NCBI GenBank assembly: GCA_047495785.1 | Contig: JBLDXI010000034.1 | Coordinates: 806,001-870,000, forward strand | Reading direction: 5' to 3' | Length of the DNA: 64,000 nucleotides | From: Lepidodermella squamata | Taxonomy: Eukaryota > Animalia > Gastrotricha | In this document: positions 12,619 through 24,499 of the stretch, one piece after another | Layout: the number at the start of each line of letters is the position of its first letter | Numbering within the stretch: position 1 is the first letter of the stretch | The notes under the pieces: model-generated | Seen by the model: the letters and a program-made list of their open reading frames with translations, nothing else | Told to the model about the DNA's origin: nothing | Databases searched by the model: none | Program-made: the position numbers and the translations under genes

Positions 12619-13275
12619 CTTTCCTGTTTCAATGAGATGTTTGAAGATGTTTTCAAACTTTATTTCTTCTTCTATAGCTAACCTTTCTTGTCAACTTGGT
12701 GAACATCTTATATCCTATGCATACAGATAAAATTCTGGAAATTGATTTTTTAGTTTTTTTTACCATTTCTTCAAATTACGGTTTTTGGTTTGAGCTATCG
12801 AGGAAAATAAGAAGCTGTCAATTTTCGGCTAATTCGTCCCAAAGATTCATTTTGCTCCTAATACTTTCCTTTTATTAACGTTACAATACTCCCTCGATAA
12901 AAGCCCGGGTCCCGGCTCCAGACCCGTTCTGTCACCGTCTTTTAGATTGTTGAGACTTTACAGGCCGTTCTCGAGTTAACCTACTAGCATAACATATATT
13001 TGGATGAGCTCGCCAAGAATCTTTAATGAAACTTCAACTTCCATGAACAAATTGTAAAATATTTCTCCATTTATTTCATTTGCATGGTTCGATTGAATAA
13101 TTATGATTTGTAGCTGAAATTATAGTAACAATCGATTCCTCAATCAATGAGCAAGCAAGTCCAGTAAAATGAGGCTAAAGATCATTTCTCAAACGAAATT
13201 TGTACTTTCTAGCCACGATTTAGATACATTGCTTGAGCATAACAAAGAGTTAACGCATGATTGAAACTGTCGCTG

Positions 13276-13875
13276 TCATTTGCGCCTTGCATTGACATGA
13301 TAGCAGAAAATAACGGCTGCATCCGTGGACCTGTGACTTCCTTTTCCTTTGGCAAGTTGCCCTGATCCAAGCACCTGTATAATGGGCATGGATAAGGGAA
13401 AGAAGAGCCGACATACGCCTTGCTCTAGCTTTTGGATACGCTCCAGAAACATCACAGCGCCTGCAATATCGGTACTAGTCTCGAAATTTTGTTGCAATCG
13501 ACGCAAAACATCTTCGCAGAAATGGCGGCAGTTGTTCTTCAAAAGGTTGTAGCCCCTGCCAGCTGGCAACATCAACTTTAGCTTTGCGACAAAATCCGAC
13601 CAGGAGACATTTCGGACGACCGTTGCCAATTGAATGTGGTCGAACTGACTTCTGTCCAAGTAGTTTTCAGATTCCAATCGGAATATCTCGCACGTACCTC
13701 TGTCTTGCAAGTTGGCTACCTCATGGATGTAGAATCGTCTGATGTAAAACGAAAGCTGTTTGCGCTCGAACAAAATAGCCGTGTGTTTCACGAGAGACTT
13801 GTCCCGGCTGTATTTGATGACGGAGACGTTGATGTCGATTGGAACATGGTCCGGATTGATAATGGCAGACGTCAT
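13276..13875 (-). CDS. PPPDE/DeSI-like permuted papain-fold peptidase
   Basis: N-terminal KHTAILF (catalytic His) and YNLLKNNCRHF (NCxxF catalytic Cys motif). The 3' end could be spliced differently. Confidence 0.65.
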   Translation of the reverse strand: MTSAIINPDHVPIDINVSVIKYSRDKSLVKHTAILFERKQLSFYIRRFYIHEVANLQDRGTCEIFRLESENYLDRSQFDHIQLATVVRNVSWSDFVAKLKLMLPAGRGYNLLKNNCRHFCEDVLRRLQQNFETSTDIAGAVMFLERIQKLEQGVCRLFFPLSMPIIQVLGSGQLAKGKGSHRSTDAAVIFCYHVNARRK

Positions 13876-14495
13876 GATTTGCCCGAGACGATCCGAATTT
13901 TTGTGTTTTCAAGAAGTTGATGGTTACGCTTAACGGAAAATTATCATGAATCATGACAGTGACTTGTTTACTGAGCTGTTTACGACTTCTTATCTATCGG
14001 GTTATTTTCCGGTCTTATCAATATGGTTGCCCAATTATTTTCTGGTGGTAAACGGTGGCAAATTGCACATTAATAACAAACAAAGAAAACAGCATTTATA
14101 AATGCATGGTTTGTCCCATCCGTAAACAATTTGGTCAAAAATAACCGATAAATAAACTTGTTTAGAATCCGCCCGATAGCGTAATGCATCAAGTTTTTCT
14201 GATATGTTTTGGTTTATCTACCCAACAATTTTGCTCCAGTCACTAATTCACAATATCTATAGAATATTATAAACCACTTAAATAGGATAAACCACTTTCG
14301 AATCTCATTGACGCTAAGATATCAGTAAGATAAGGATCATGTCCGAAACAATATCTATCAGTCCCGCCGTAAAAATTTGTTTACCTAATTGACTTCATTT
14401 GATAAGATTAGATATTCTAATTATAGAAAATATTCACCGTTTTGTGACTCAGCTTAAAATCTTGAAGGGCGACTTGTACAATTTCAGAATTAACA

Positions 14496-15701
14496 ATGCA
14501 ACCGAAAATTGAAATGCATGAACAGTTTGGCCCCACATTTGACGTCGATCTTGATGGGGAACAACTACCTATCGTCTACCATCCGGATTACAACATGGAA
14601 GCGTGGGGTTACGAGCAAATGCACGCTTTCGATTCCGCGAAGTGGGGCAAAATTGTCGACATTTTACAAGGTTTCATTCTCACCCTTTTAAATGTACACG
14701 CTATATCTGTCAAATAATGCTCAGATAAAGGGATCCTGCCTTACGGCGCACGTAGCACGGTTCGCCCAGATGAAGTGACAGCTGAAGATCTGCTGACAAT
14801 TCACAGTGAAAAATATCTGAAATCTCTTTCGTGGAGCTACGAAGTAGCGCGAATTGCTGAGGTGCCGCTCTTAGCGCTAATTCCTAATAAATACCTTCAA
14901 GACAAATTACTACGACCTATTCGGCTACAAACAGGTGGGACTTTGTTAGCCTGCCGTCTGGCACGTACATTTGGATGGGCAATCAACATTGGCGGAGGCT
15001 TTCACCATTGCTCAAGGGACGAGGGCGGCGGCTTTTGCTTCTACGCTGACATTCAGCTGGGTAAGTTGATTTTCTTCACAAATCTACCTTAATAATTCAA
15101 TTAATTTCTAGGCATCAAGTATTTGATAGAATCAGAGCCAAAATTAGAGAAAATCCTGATTGTTGATCTGGATGCCCATCAGGGAAACGGGCACGAAAAG
15201 GATTTTGCTGGTTTGAAAGATCGCGTTGTTATCATGGATGTTTACAATGGAGAGATTTATCCAAAAGATGAGTTGGCAAAAGGTCTGTTCATCTGTTGGG
15301 CTTAGATAACTGTCACAAAACATTTTCATTCAGGTTCAATTAAATATCCTGTGATCCTGAAGACAGGGACAACCGACGAAACGTATCTCCCATTAGTTCG
15401 TGAAACCTTGGAGAAGGCACTGGAAGCTGACAAGCCAGATTTTGTCTTCTATAATGCTGGCACTGATATCATGTCTGCCGATCCGCTCGGTCAATTAATG
15501 ATTAGCCCTAGGGGTATAATTCAACGTGACGAAATGGTTTTCGAGGCAGCGAGAAGGCGAAAAATTCCTATTGTCATGGTGACTAGCGGAGGCTACAAAC
15601 GAATCACGGCATTGGTCATTGCAGATTCGATAGAGAATTTGTGGACGAAAGGCCTGCTGAAACTTCCGCATCGATCTGCTGTAGTCAATGGGGAAACTTG
15701 A
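14496..15701 (+). CDS. HDAC11: Histone deacetylase 11 (class IV HDAC), copy 1
   Basis: Exons ~14496-14670, 14725-15060, 15112-15282, 15334-15701. Motifs PIVYHPDYN, HAFDSAKWG, GWAINIGGGFHHCS..GGGFCFYADI, DLDAHQGNGHEKD, YNAGTD, MVTSGGY. 5' start uncertain. Confidence 0.9.
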
Positions 15702-15944
15702 TTTTCTGAAAATTTCACCATGAAGTTGTTGATTGAACCCATTAACGCTCAAGTCTCAAGTCATTTCGTGGCTTCGAACTTCTTTTATTACGCTAATTAT
15801 CAATAAATAAATCAATATTTATGGCTCACAGTGTTTATTCAATTATTCCCTTGAAAATCTATAGCTTCCAGCTTAAAATATGGTTTTAAATACAAATAAT
15901 AACATCCTGGTAAATGACCTGAAAACGACCCAGGGGTCTCCTTT

Positions 15945-16879
15945 CATTGAATTAGTATGAGTTTGCCGTATTTCTGTAGAAATTGCTCAAAATTCATCAT
16001 TTTCGGGTTCAGCTTCCTTGACCCTTTCGGATCTCGAATGGCACCAATTTTATCCGGAAAATCATGCCAGGCCTGGAACATATTCCCCAGATCAGAAAAT
16101 TCCATAAGCACACCGACCGATATCGTCGGCAGCTATACCAGGAATTTTGATGTGCCCCCAAGGCACTGAAGACGATAGTTTGCCGTCAGGATCGCGATGA
16201 ATTGGGAAAGCGCCGTTGTAGAAGTTGTCCCAGAAACAGGGCGTCATCATGTATGTAACAGGCTGATCGGCGAATAATTTGTCACAGAAGGCTTTTGTTT
16301 CGTAATGCGGCACCTTGTATTTACCGTATAGAGTTGGCATTCGGTCATCACTCAGAGGTATCAATTTTGAAGTATCATCCAAGGTCGACCATATAACGTG
16401 TTCAATGCCAGCCTTCCTATTTTGAGAAAAGAAGAAGTTTCTTAAACAGCCAGTGCGCAAAAGGAGAGGGGATACCCCCACCCTCTCCCGATTGTCCCGA
16501 AATTTTCGAAAAAAGTATACCTCGAAGCATTGGCCATTGATTGAATTTGAGCAATTTCCTTATCCGGATCTTCCCAATCGATGAATGAGACGCAAAACAA
16601 GCCATACGAGCCTTTGATGGCCTCAGTTAGGGCGTCTTCATGATTCGCATCGACCTGAACCACTTCCACCCCTTTTTCAGCCAAGGACCTGGCTGCAGCA
16701 GAGTTGGCATCTCGGGTCAAAGCTCTGGCTTTAAATTCTGTATCAGGATCTTCTAAAATCGCTCGGACAACGCCACCGCCCTTAAAAAAATTATGATTCA
16801 ATTGATAAATTAATGAAAAAATAATCACCTGCTGTCCTGTTGCCCCAATGACAGAAATGATTTTCTTCTCTGTAGTCAT
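15945..16879 (-). pseudogene. NmrA-like (NMRAL1/HSCARG family) gene, copy 1, with a 158-bp frameshifting deletion
   Basis: VIGATGQQ|GGGVVRAIL, RALTRD, VPHYETK. At ~16095 (gatcag|aaaattcc) the sequence equivalent to 50327-50484 of the intact copy is absent. Confidence 0.85.
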
Positions 16880-17419
16880 TACAATTCGGGAAAATAATCA
16901 GGTGAGACCGGTTTTCAGAAGGAAGGATTCTACATGAGTGGTGAATGATGGCTGCTGTGTCTTATCTCTTATATAGGCTCCAGCTCACATAGGCATTTGA
17001 TAAGACAGACATCGGACATCGGACCTCAGACTTCAGACTTCACAGCAGCGCGACCGCAACGAACCATAAATTCCAAAATTGAAATTTACGGAATGCAGCA
17101 AGAACCTAAATATAAACCGGTTCCGCTCTAAGTATATGAGCGATTAGTTACTCAAATTTTATAATTTACGAGGGAGCATTGATCCGGCAGCGAATTCCTC
17201 TTCCGGGGTCTGCAAAATCATATTTTATTTTTTCGAGCTGATAGCTTTGTGGTTGGTGAGATGCAGTTCTCTCTCAACAAAATCCCATGCTGGCTTGGGT
17301 TCACCGATCGATTAAAGTTCGGATTCGTGGAATGTCAATAAAACATGCTGAAATTGAATTTTCACAAGCACAGTGGAAGAGATCTGTCGAGCCAGGTATC
17401 GAGTTTTTACAGCACTTTG

Positions 17420-18475
17420 ATGCAGTATTTATATGTGGCATTTCTCGCTCTTACTTACGGACAGAAAGTCCACGCCTCCAGTAGTTTATTAAAACGACAT
17501 ATTACAGGTTAATCGTTAATCATACTGTTATTTTCAGCTCCATCTCCGCTGATTCCGGTATCAGGCTATGCGGCAAGTTACATCAGTGATTTGTCCCTGG
17601 CAGGCACTTTCACTGAATCTCTATGCAATATTTCAGCGAACTGTCTACCCACAGCCTCGATCGCACCTGTGGTAGATGACGGGGGTTTCATCTTCAAGAA
17701 AGTAAGACCTTGATGTAGGCTATAGCTAGATGATATGCATTTCTCACTTCGAAGAGCGTCAATTCCGTATTCGAAAATTTCCGCCTTGAAGTGAACGCGC
17801 TTATTGCTGGAATGGCTTTCACGGTGGACCATACTCTCGCAGTTTCCATGGTTCCATCTGAAGTATTTTCAACTGGCTGCACACGGGATAGTAACTGGTA
17901 CGCCTGCCTTCGCGTCAGCAAGCTTCGAGGCGGAGCTTTCTACATTAAACCAAGTCAGAAAATCGCGTTTTTATACGGCGATGTTAGAGATCTAAGCAGC
18001 GATGCTCGAACCCGTGACAAACTGGACCCGACCAACCTTGGTTGTTCATTCCCTTCTGATGATTTCGCAAACGCTGGCTTCATTGGCTCGAATTCTCTGT
18101 GGATCTACATCAATAAGATTGGCAGCAACTTTTCTGTCTCGTACGCGAAAGGTTCGACTCCTGCCAGCCCAGTTTATTGCTCGTCAATGAATGCCAGCTT
18201 TGCTTTCCCGCTCAATGAAGACCTGTTCCTAGCATTTTCAACTACAAAAGGCCTTCCGATGGCGTTTTATCAGGTGAATTTCTTTAAGCTGGAACTGGAA
18301 TCTGCGTCAAGTAAGCCTGGACAAATTTTTCGTCCTAATTTCTACTCAGTTTTTAATTTCCTGTGTTGAAGCTTCTACTTCGACTATAATTCCGACAACA
18401 ACAGGTCTGAATTGTCACGGCATTTAATAATTATTAAAATATCGGATTTCTACCGGCAGGTTTCGCATCAAAGAG
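17420..18475 (+). pseudogene. 5' fragment (signal peptide + first lectin-like domain) of the channel gene at 51809-55281, truncated at the duplication junction
   Basis: Matches 51809-52864. Exons 17420-17480 (MQYLYVAFLALTYGQKVHAS), 17538-17701, 17755-18310, 18372-18404, then breaks inside micro-exon 5 at ...catcaaagag|acgatg. Confidence 0.85.
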
Positions 18476-20760
18476 ACGATGAGGCCCGGACGATGCAAGG
18501 CCGTGTGAAACCAGGACAAATTACGCCCGCACCGTCGGATGACGTGGTGTATGTGGGGCTTCCAAGTGAGCTTTTCATCGAAGATGAGCCCGAGTATGCG
18601 CGACGCTGTCACTTGTGGAGCGGCGACGCCGCGTAGTTCGACTTGAAGGACTGAGGGCTGGCGAAAGAAAGGGATGGCTTCGCTTTAAGAGGCATTAAAT
18701 TGCTGGCGCCCACGGCAAGCACAGTCGGCAATTCGATCGACCTCGGTCTGGGCGAGCGTCTGAGCATCGAAAAAGGTAGCACCCGTGCTGGCGAGGGTGA
18801 GGTCCTCGGCACCAGCGTCCAGGGAGGTCCCAGTCGCACTCCAGGGGCGGAGTTCGTCGCTGGTGTAGGTGGTGTAGAGGAGCGGAGAGAGCAGGAACCC
18901 TTGCGGAACACTGTAACGTGACCTGCCGGCTGAGGAAACCGGCCACACGAGCTTGGAGCTTCCGGTCGCGTAAGTAATCTATGAGCCACCCGATGAGATT
19001 GCGCGGCCGGGGCAGTTGACCAATCTTTGGACCAATGGACGAAGCCAGCGTTCCAAACCGTACGCGGCCATCACATCGAGACCAACCACTATCATCTTCC
19101 GCTTGGGCCTAATGCACGAGGTGGCGACACGAATTGCAATTTCAGCCGCCGAGCGATGCTCACGTAAAGCATACTGTAAAGACCAAGCCCCGTAGTGACG
19201 TGATGGAGCCGGTAGCCGTGCGATTACCAGAAATCTTTTGTACCCCACAGAGGGGACTTGGCATTCAAATCACCCGCAAAAACACAGGGTAGTCAATGGA
19301 GGGCGGCATCGGTAAACCCCCGTTCTAGGATCGGGTATAACATCTAGACAGAGCCACTCACTGCGCTTTCGGCCAGCCATCGCCAGCTTACGCTCGGCAC
19401 CTCAAAGGAACCGTTAGAAAGTTGTAGATCCCATTCGAGAGATCGAACAGCGACGACTCAAATGTATCCCGCCACCGCTCCTGCTGGGACGCGGTCAGAC
19501 GTCACGGCACTGAAGTTGTGCATGGCTCCGCTCAAGACCGGTAGAAAATCCGGCAACAGCAGTACTGAGTTGAGCAGTTGATTGGTCGGGGCCGGTGAGG
19601 GCGCAGAGAGAGCAGGGTGAGACAGAGGCATCGGCGGCGGAGGCGGGGCAGTAGCATGGGCAAAACTGCGACCCGGCACCACTGGCGACAACTTGCCAGT
19701 GCCAGGACGACCAGTAGCTCCCGAGCTTCTCAGTTTTCGCGGCGGTGAGAGCCTTCGAGTTTCGACTTGACCAGCATGTGCAGCTTTAAACGCTGGGCAG
19801 CCGCACCAGGTACTGAAATGGTGAAACGGAGCTCCGCCATCCCGGCAGCTGCAGCAGGAGGCCTGTTCGGATGTCGCCTGGCGGCTCTGTTAGGTAAGTC
19901 CGGTAGGTCGCGAACTTCTTCGACGTAGTCAGCGGCGAGGTGAGCGGTATAGCAGCCAGACAGTCGAGAGGTAAGCGCGCTGGGGTTTTCTTTCTCAACC
20001 GCGGGTAGGATCAGTCTCATTGGGGTGGTGGACGCGGAAGTCGCTACCCTTGAAGGCCCAAGCAGGAAAGTCCTTATTCAGGAGGCGGGCAGCAGCGGCG
20101 GGCGTAGAAAAAATAACACGGAGGACGGAGGCCGCCACTGTGCATATCGACAGCTGCGTTATACTCCAGCCAAGGCGCAGCGCGCACTAGTTCAGGCTCG
20201 AGCTCGCAGCGATATTGTTGATTATCACGACGCGCGTACTAACAGGGTTGCCTGGGCCGGGACTCGACGAGGTGCACCCGCAGCAGAGCCACTGAGCGGC
20301 GCGACTTTCGGCCAGCCGCTGACCGGTGGCGCACTGGACGAAGCCGCAAGGGCCGGAAACTCCCTATCAGCATCCATGTGGTCGTTTGAGGACGACGGTG
20401 AGGCAGCTGCGCCGCAGTGTTGCGAGATGAGAGCTTTCACCTTCACCTGCAATTGCAGCGGCGTTCAGGCCCCTAACGTAGATTTTCTCCGGCAGCCGCT
20501 CGCCGCCACTCGCAGACGCAGGCAGCGGCTCATCCGGCTTCTGTTTCTTCTTCGGAATGCCACCCTTAGGCGGGCGGGCAGGGCGGCGAATAGTCGTCGA
20601 CGCTCCTCCGATGTCGACCATGAAATAAGTTGTCGCAGGTTAGCACAGACGATCACCAACAACAATTGATAAAATAATTACACAACCTCAGAAAATGTAA
20701 TATTCAATCGCTGATAGAATAAAGCGCGAATCTTCACGACTCGCTCAGAATAGAAACGGA
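18476..20760 (-). mobile_element. Decayed, internally deleted non-LTR retrotransposon (LINE, I/Jockey-like RT remnants)
   Basis: Visibly GC-rich island. Minus-strand fragments in RT order: YALREHRS..VGLDVMAAY (~GFR..RS / LDxxKAFD), SVPQGFLLSPLLYTTYTSD..GAEDLTL (~GVPQGSxLSPxLF..YADD), ILGLIFDEKLTWKPHI (~YLGxxLDxKLxWxxHI). Basic/Pro-rich ORF1-like start at 20621. Many frameshifts; right boundary approximate. Confidence 0.8.
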
Positions 20761-21402
20761 TGGCGTGAAATTAGAGGAGCGCCGACACGTGGGATAACTT
20801 GTGTTCTTCGCTGTGTAGATTCCCAATTATCCCATATTGGTTTTCCTGATCGTGTTCGATGTCTGGCTGGCAGTTCGCGCCTCCGATCATTAAAGCTCAA
20901 AGAAGAATATGCAGATATGATATAAATATTATATTAGAGAAAGATGAGGCTTCTTTTGCCTTCGAATTCGTATAATTCGTATCCTTCATTCTTGAAATAT
21001 GTTAAATGTACTTGAAAAAATTCACGATTTCTGTGGTGAGACGCCATGATTTAACGTATTGTTAATTCCAAATTGCTAAATGTTGAAAGACAAATTGCAA
21101 AATAAAACATATCAGTATCAGTATTGGACCCTCCAGAAATGCACGCCGAACGCCGAAGCCTTCGACTGTTATATTTTCAAAAGCATTTAACGCGGTTGAC
21201 TGTTTGATATGAACCAATTGTTCCCGACGTCTGCGCGTTAAATATCATTTTGTTTGATTTAGTTAAAGTCACGTTCTGAGAATCGGGCTGGCTAATTCAG
21301 TGCGCTCGAAATTGACAGGAATGCTGATCTCTGATGAACACGATCGGCTTAACAGGCTGATATTTTTAATTGGAGTGGTAGAGCACATTCAGCTAATATC
21401 TT

Positions 21403-21434
21403 TATAAAAACTTCAAACAATCGCCATCTTATCA
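21403..21434 (+). promoter_or_regulatory. TATA box and GATA site upstream of the class C GPCR
   Basis: TATAAAA at 21403-21409 and CTTATCA at 21428-21434, shortly before ATG 21458. Confidence 0.4.
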
Positions 21435-21457
21435 CTTTTTCAAATTCAAAGTGAAGA

Positions 21458-24047
21458 ATGTCGCTGAATATTGCGGTTATTCTGATAGCTTCGATACTGA
21501 AATTTTCAAATGGCGTTACTTTGACCAAGCCTTACACGCTACGAATCCCTGTCACACTGCCCATCGGAGGGCCCATTGCACCACTCGGTAGAATGTGCAC
21601 CGAGTCGATTGAGCTGTTCCTTCGAACTATCAATGATCAAACCGATATTCTACCCGACTACAACATCGTCGTAGACTTGGTCGACGATCAATGCAGTGCA
21701 ACTCCTGCGGTAGACCGCCTGATTCCTTTCTTCGCAAGTGGCAGTCGAATGTTCGATGAAACGAAGCGTATCGGGCATTATACGCTGCCAAACGGGGCTG
21801 AATTCTTGAAGGATTCCGCTAAAAAGAGCTATGTTCCACCGCTTTTGATTGGCTCGATGTGCTCAGGTGTTTGTCGCGTTGTTTCGAGATACACTCAACT
21901 TTTCGATATCATTAATGTTAGTCCCAATTCCTTTCATTTTTCGAAAATTAAATAGCTATTTTAATCAATTAATTCATGTATATCCCCATCAATTTGGATT
22001 TTTCAATTTTTAGTTCTCAGCAGCGTGTAACGATGTATATCTTTCTGATCGGAAGTTGTACCCTAATTTGTACCGCGTAATGTCAAACAGTCAAATTATA
22101 ACCACCCTGATGCCGTTTCTACAAATCATGAATTGGCGGAAAATTGCCCTAGTTTCGGACACTTCGCCATCGAATTTCCAAACAACGAACGACATGATTG
22201 AATTATTCCCTACTGGAAATTTAACAATTTTGGCCAGCGAGTTTTTCATCGATGACCCGACGGAAGCTGTTCGAAGAATCAAAGAAAGTAGAGCTAGGGT
22301 AATTGTGGCTAACTGCTATTTTGATATATGTCCAAGTCTTGCGTGCCAGGTATTTTATTTAATTAAACATTCAAATGACGAAGCTAACCTTATTTACTAG
22401 GCCTATCTCCAGGGTGTTTATGGTCCAAATATCGTCTGGATTTTGCCGGCAGTCACTGATTTTGTAAATATTGAAACATTTCCAAAGGGCTGTAACGCGG
22501 AAAACCTTCAAATGATCGACTCTGGGTCGATGTACTTCCGCCAAGTTCCAAATGATTACCAATCAGGTCTAACTGCACTAGGAATCACAGGCCAGCAACT
22601 CGACGACTTTTTCACGGAAAATGTCCCGGAGACATGGCGAAATCCTCTACTAGACTCGAGATACATGTGTCTGGACAATGTTATACCTTCAGCGTTTATC
22701 CTCGATGCTGCTGAGAAGAAACTGAATCAGAGAAACTCATCACTACGTCACTACATTGAAAACGGGTCGATGTTATCGGAACTGAGCAAAATAGTTCGAG
22801 AGCAGGTGGCAAATCTGAACATCCGTGTTTTCTCTGGCCGAATCCGGTACGAAAGGAACGAGCAGCAAACCTTAGTGCCAACAGGATATGAGCAGTCTCA
22901 GGAAAACGGAACAAAGCGAATGGTTTTCGTCGATAATGGAGTAGATGCGGTTGATCAGTCTAGAAGATTCGAAATAAAACGGACCTTCGTTTGGAAAACC
23001 CCCAACGCCAAACAGCCGAAAGATGAAATCACAGTCAAAAAAGCTTCAAAATTACTCGTCAGCTGGGCAATAATTTTAATTATGGTTTTGGCAGTTTTTA
23101 CGTGTCTCATTGCGTTTTCCTTGGTATTCTGCCTCGTCACATTATTGAAAGACTCGAGATTTAACAAGGCTGAAATCCGAGGAAGCATTTCGATAGTCAC
23201 TGGGCTGATTTTCCTGCAAATTTCCATCCTATTACATCCTTATCAAACAACTGATTCGAATGGCATGGTTTACTTCTGTAAAATCGCTCCATTTCTCACG
23301 TCAATCGCTTATTCACTCATTTCTAGCGGATTGTTCTTGAGACTGAAGTTAGACGTGGTCATACATGAATTGCGCTTAGGTCGCAATGCTTCGAGGCCTA
23401 GCCGCATCAATGTATCTCGAATGTCTTCTTTCAATAGAGTGAAGCATTCCCAGGTCACTAGACCTCCGCGCCAACACGTGACGAGGAGCTCGTATTACAT
23501 GATTGCTGGATTTGCCATTTCTAATTTGCTGCTCCTCGTCGGTTGGTACGTGTTTGGAGGGGTTCCAAGCGTTCGTGTCATAACTACGTCGCGTATTGAT
23601 CTTTACAACGACGTGATATTTGTAGAAATATCAAAATACTGCACGTCTTACGGCTCGAAAATTGTGGTTTACATATTCGCCGGGGGTTTACTTGCGATTC
23701 ATGGTCTTGCGTTGATCTCGCTGTTCGTCTTAGCTTTGATTAGGAGTCAAACTAGAGATGAAGAGCTTCGCCGTAGTGTGAAATGCTGCTTCGTCGTTAT
23801 GCCGGCTACCTTAGCTCAGGTTCTAGCTGTACTGATATTTGTGGAGCCGGAGGCGAAGTTCTACTTCCTAAGTTCTGCTGCAATATCGACAAGCACTGCG
23901 ATGGTTTGGATACTTTTCGCCGGTAAAAGGAAGATCATTATGCAGGCGATCAAAAATGTGGTTCGACCGTGTTGCTGCCACCCTGTGATTGGTATCAGGA
24001 TCACAGAAGCAACACCAGCATCACAGAGGCAATTCCATGACTTGTGA
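21458..24047 (+). CDS. Class C GPCR, divergent GABA-B-receptor-like (Venus flytrap + 7TM, no Cys-rich domain), ~813 aa
   Basis: Exons 21458-21916, 22014-22349, 22401-24047 in frame. Signal peptide; INDQTDILPDYNI..DDQC, LIGSMCSGVC, LSDRKLYPNLYRV, MNWRKIA, ARVIV, AYLQGVYGPNIVWILP, WKTPNAKQPKD, then seven hydrophobic segments. Confidence 0.85.
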
Positions 24048-24499
24048 TCTAACTGGCGTACTGTTGCGTTCTCCACCACGTATCACGACTAAGGTCGTGG
24101 TGTTTCGCAGGGGCTTTGAAGCTTCAATATTAGGTACAGCCAGCCGCGCGAAAAAAGCAATAATTGAACAACATGGATAGATATTGAGCTTTAGCTTTTC
24201 CAGTGTGATGCGTATCCTAGCTAATAAAAGATCTATTGATAGGAGGAAATTGGAGGAAATAGAAGCAGACAGCAGCGTCATCAATATTTGCCAATTGGAT
24301 ATTAGAAATCGCTGCCATTGTTCGATAGATGATCTGAAGTTCCATCAGCAAATATCGAAACCTCGTTGTTTAGATTTATATAATATCACAGGCCATAGCG
24401 CGGAAATTGAAAAAACTGAGATTAAAATACAACACAATTCATAAGATTTTATTAGATTTCAGTCATTTCAAGCTTCAAGGAAAAACCGCTCGAAAAAAC

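Larger units (their letters stand above)
1..18475 (+). repeat. Segmental duplication copy A (homologous to ~34974-52864)
   Basis: Same gene order, with offsets 34973, 34161, 34177 and 34389 along the segment. Ends abruptly at 18475. Confidence 0.95.

Noticed and set aside
20025-20669. 214-aa Arg/Ala-rich + strand ORF
   Set aside because: Antisense to the GC-rich LINE ORF1 remnant; no recognisable domain.
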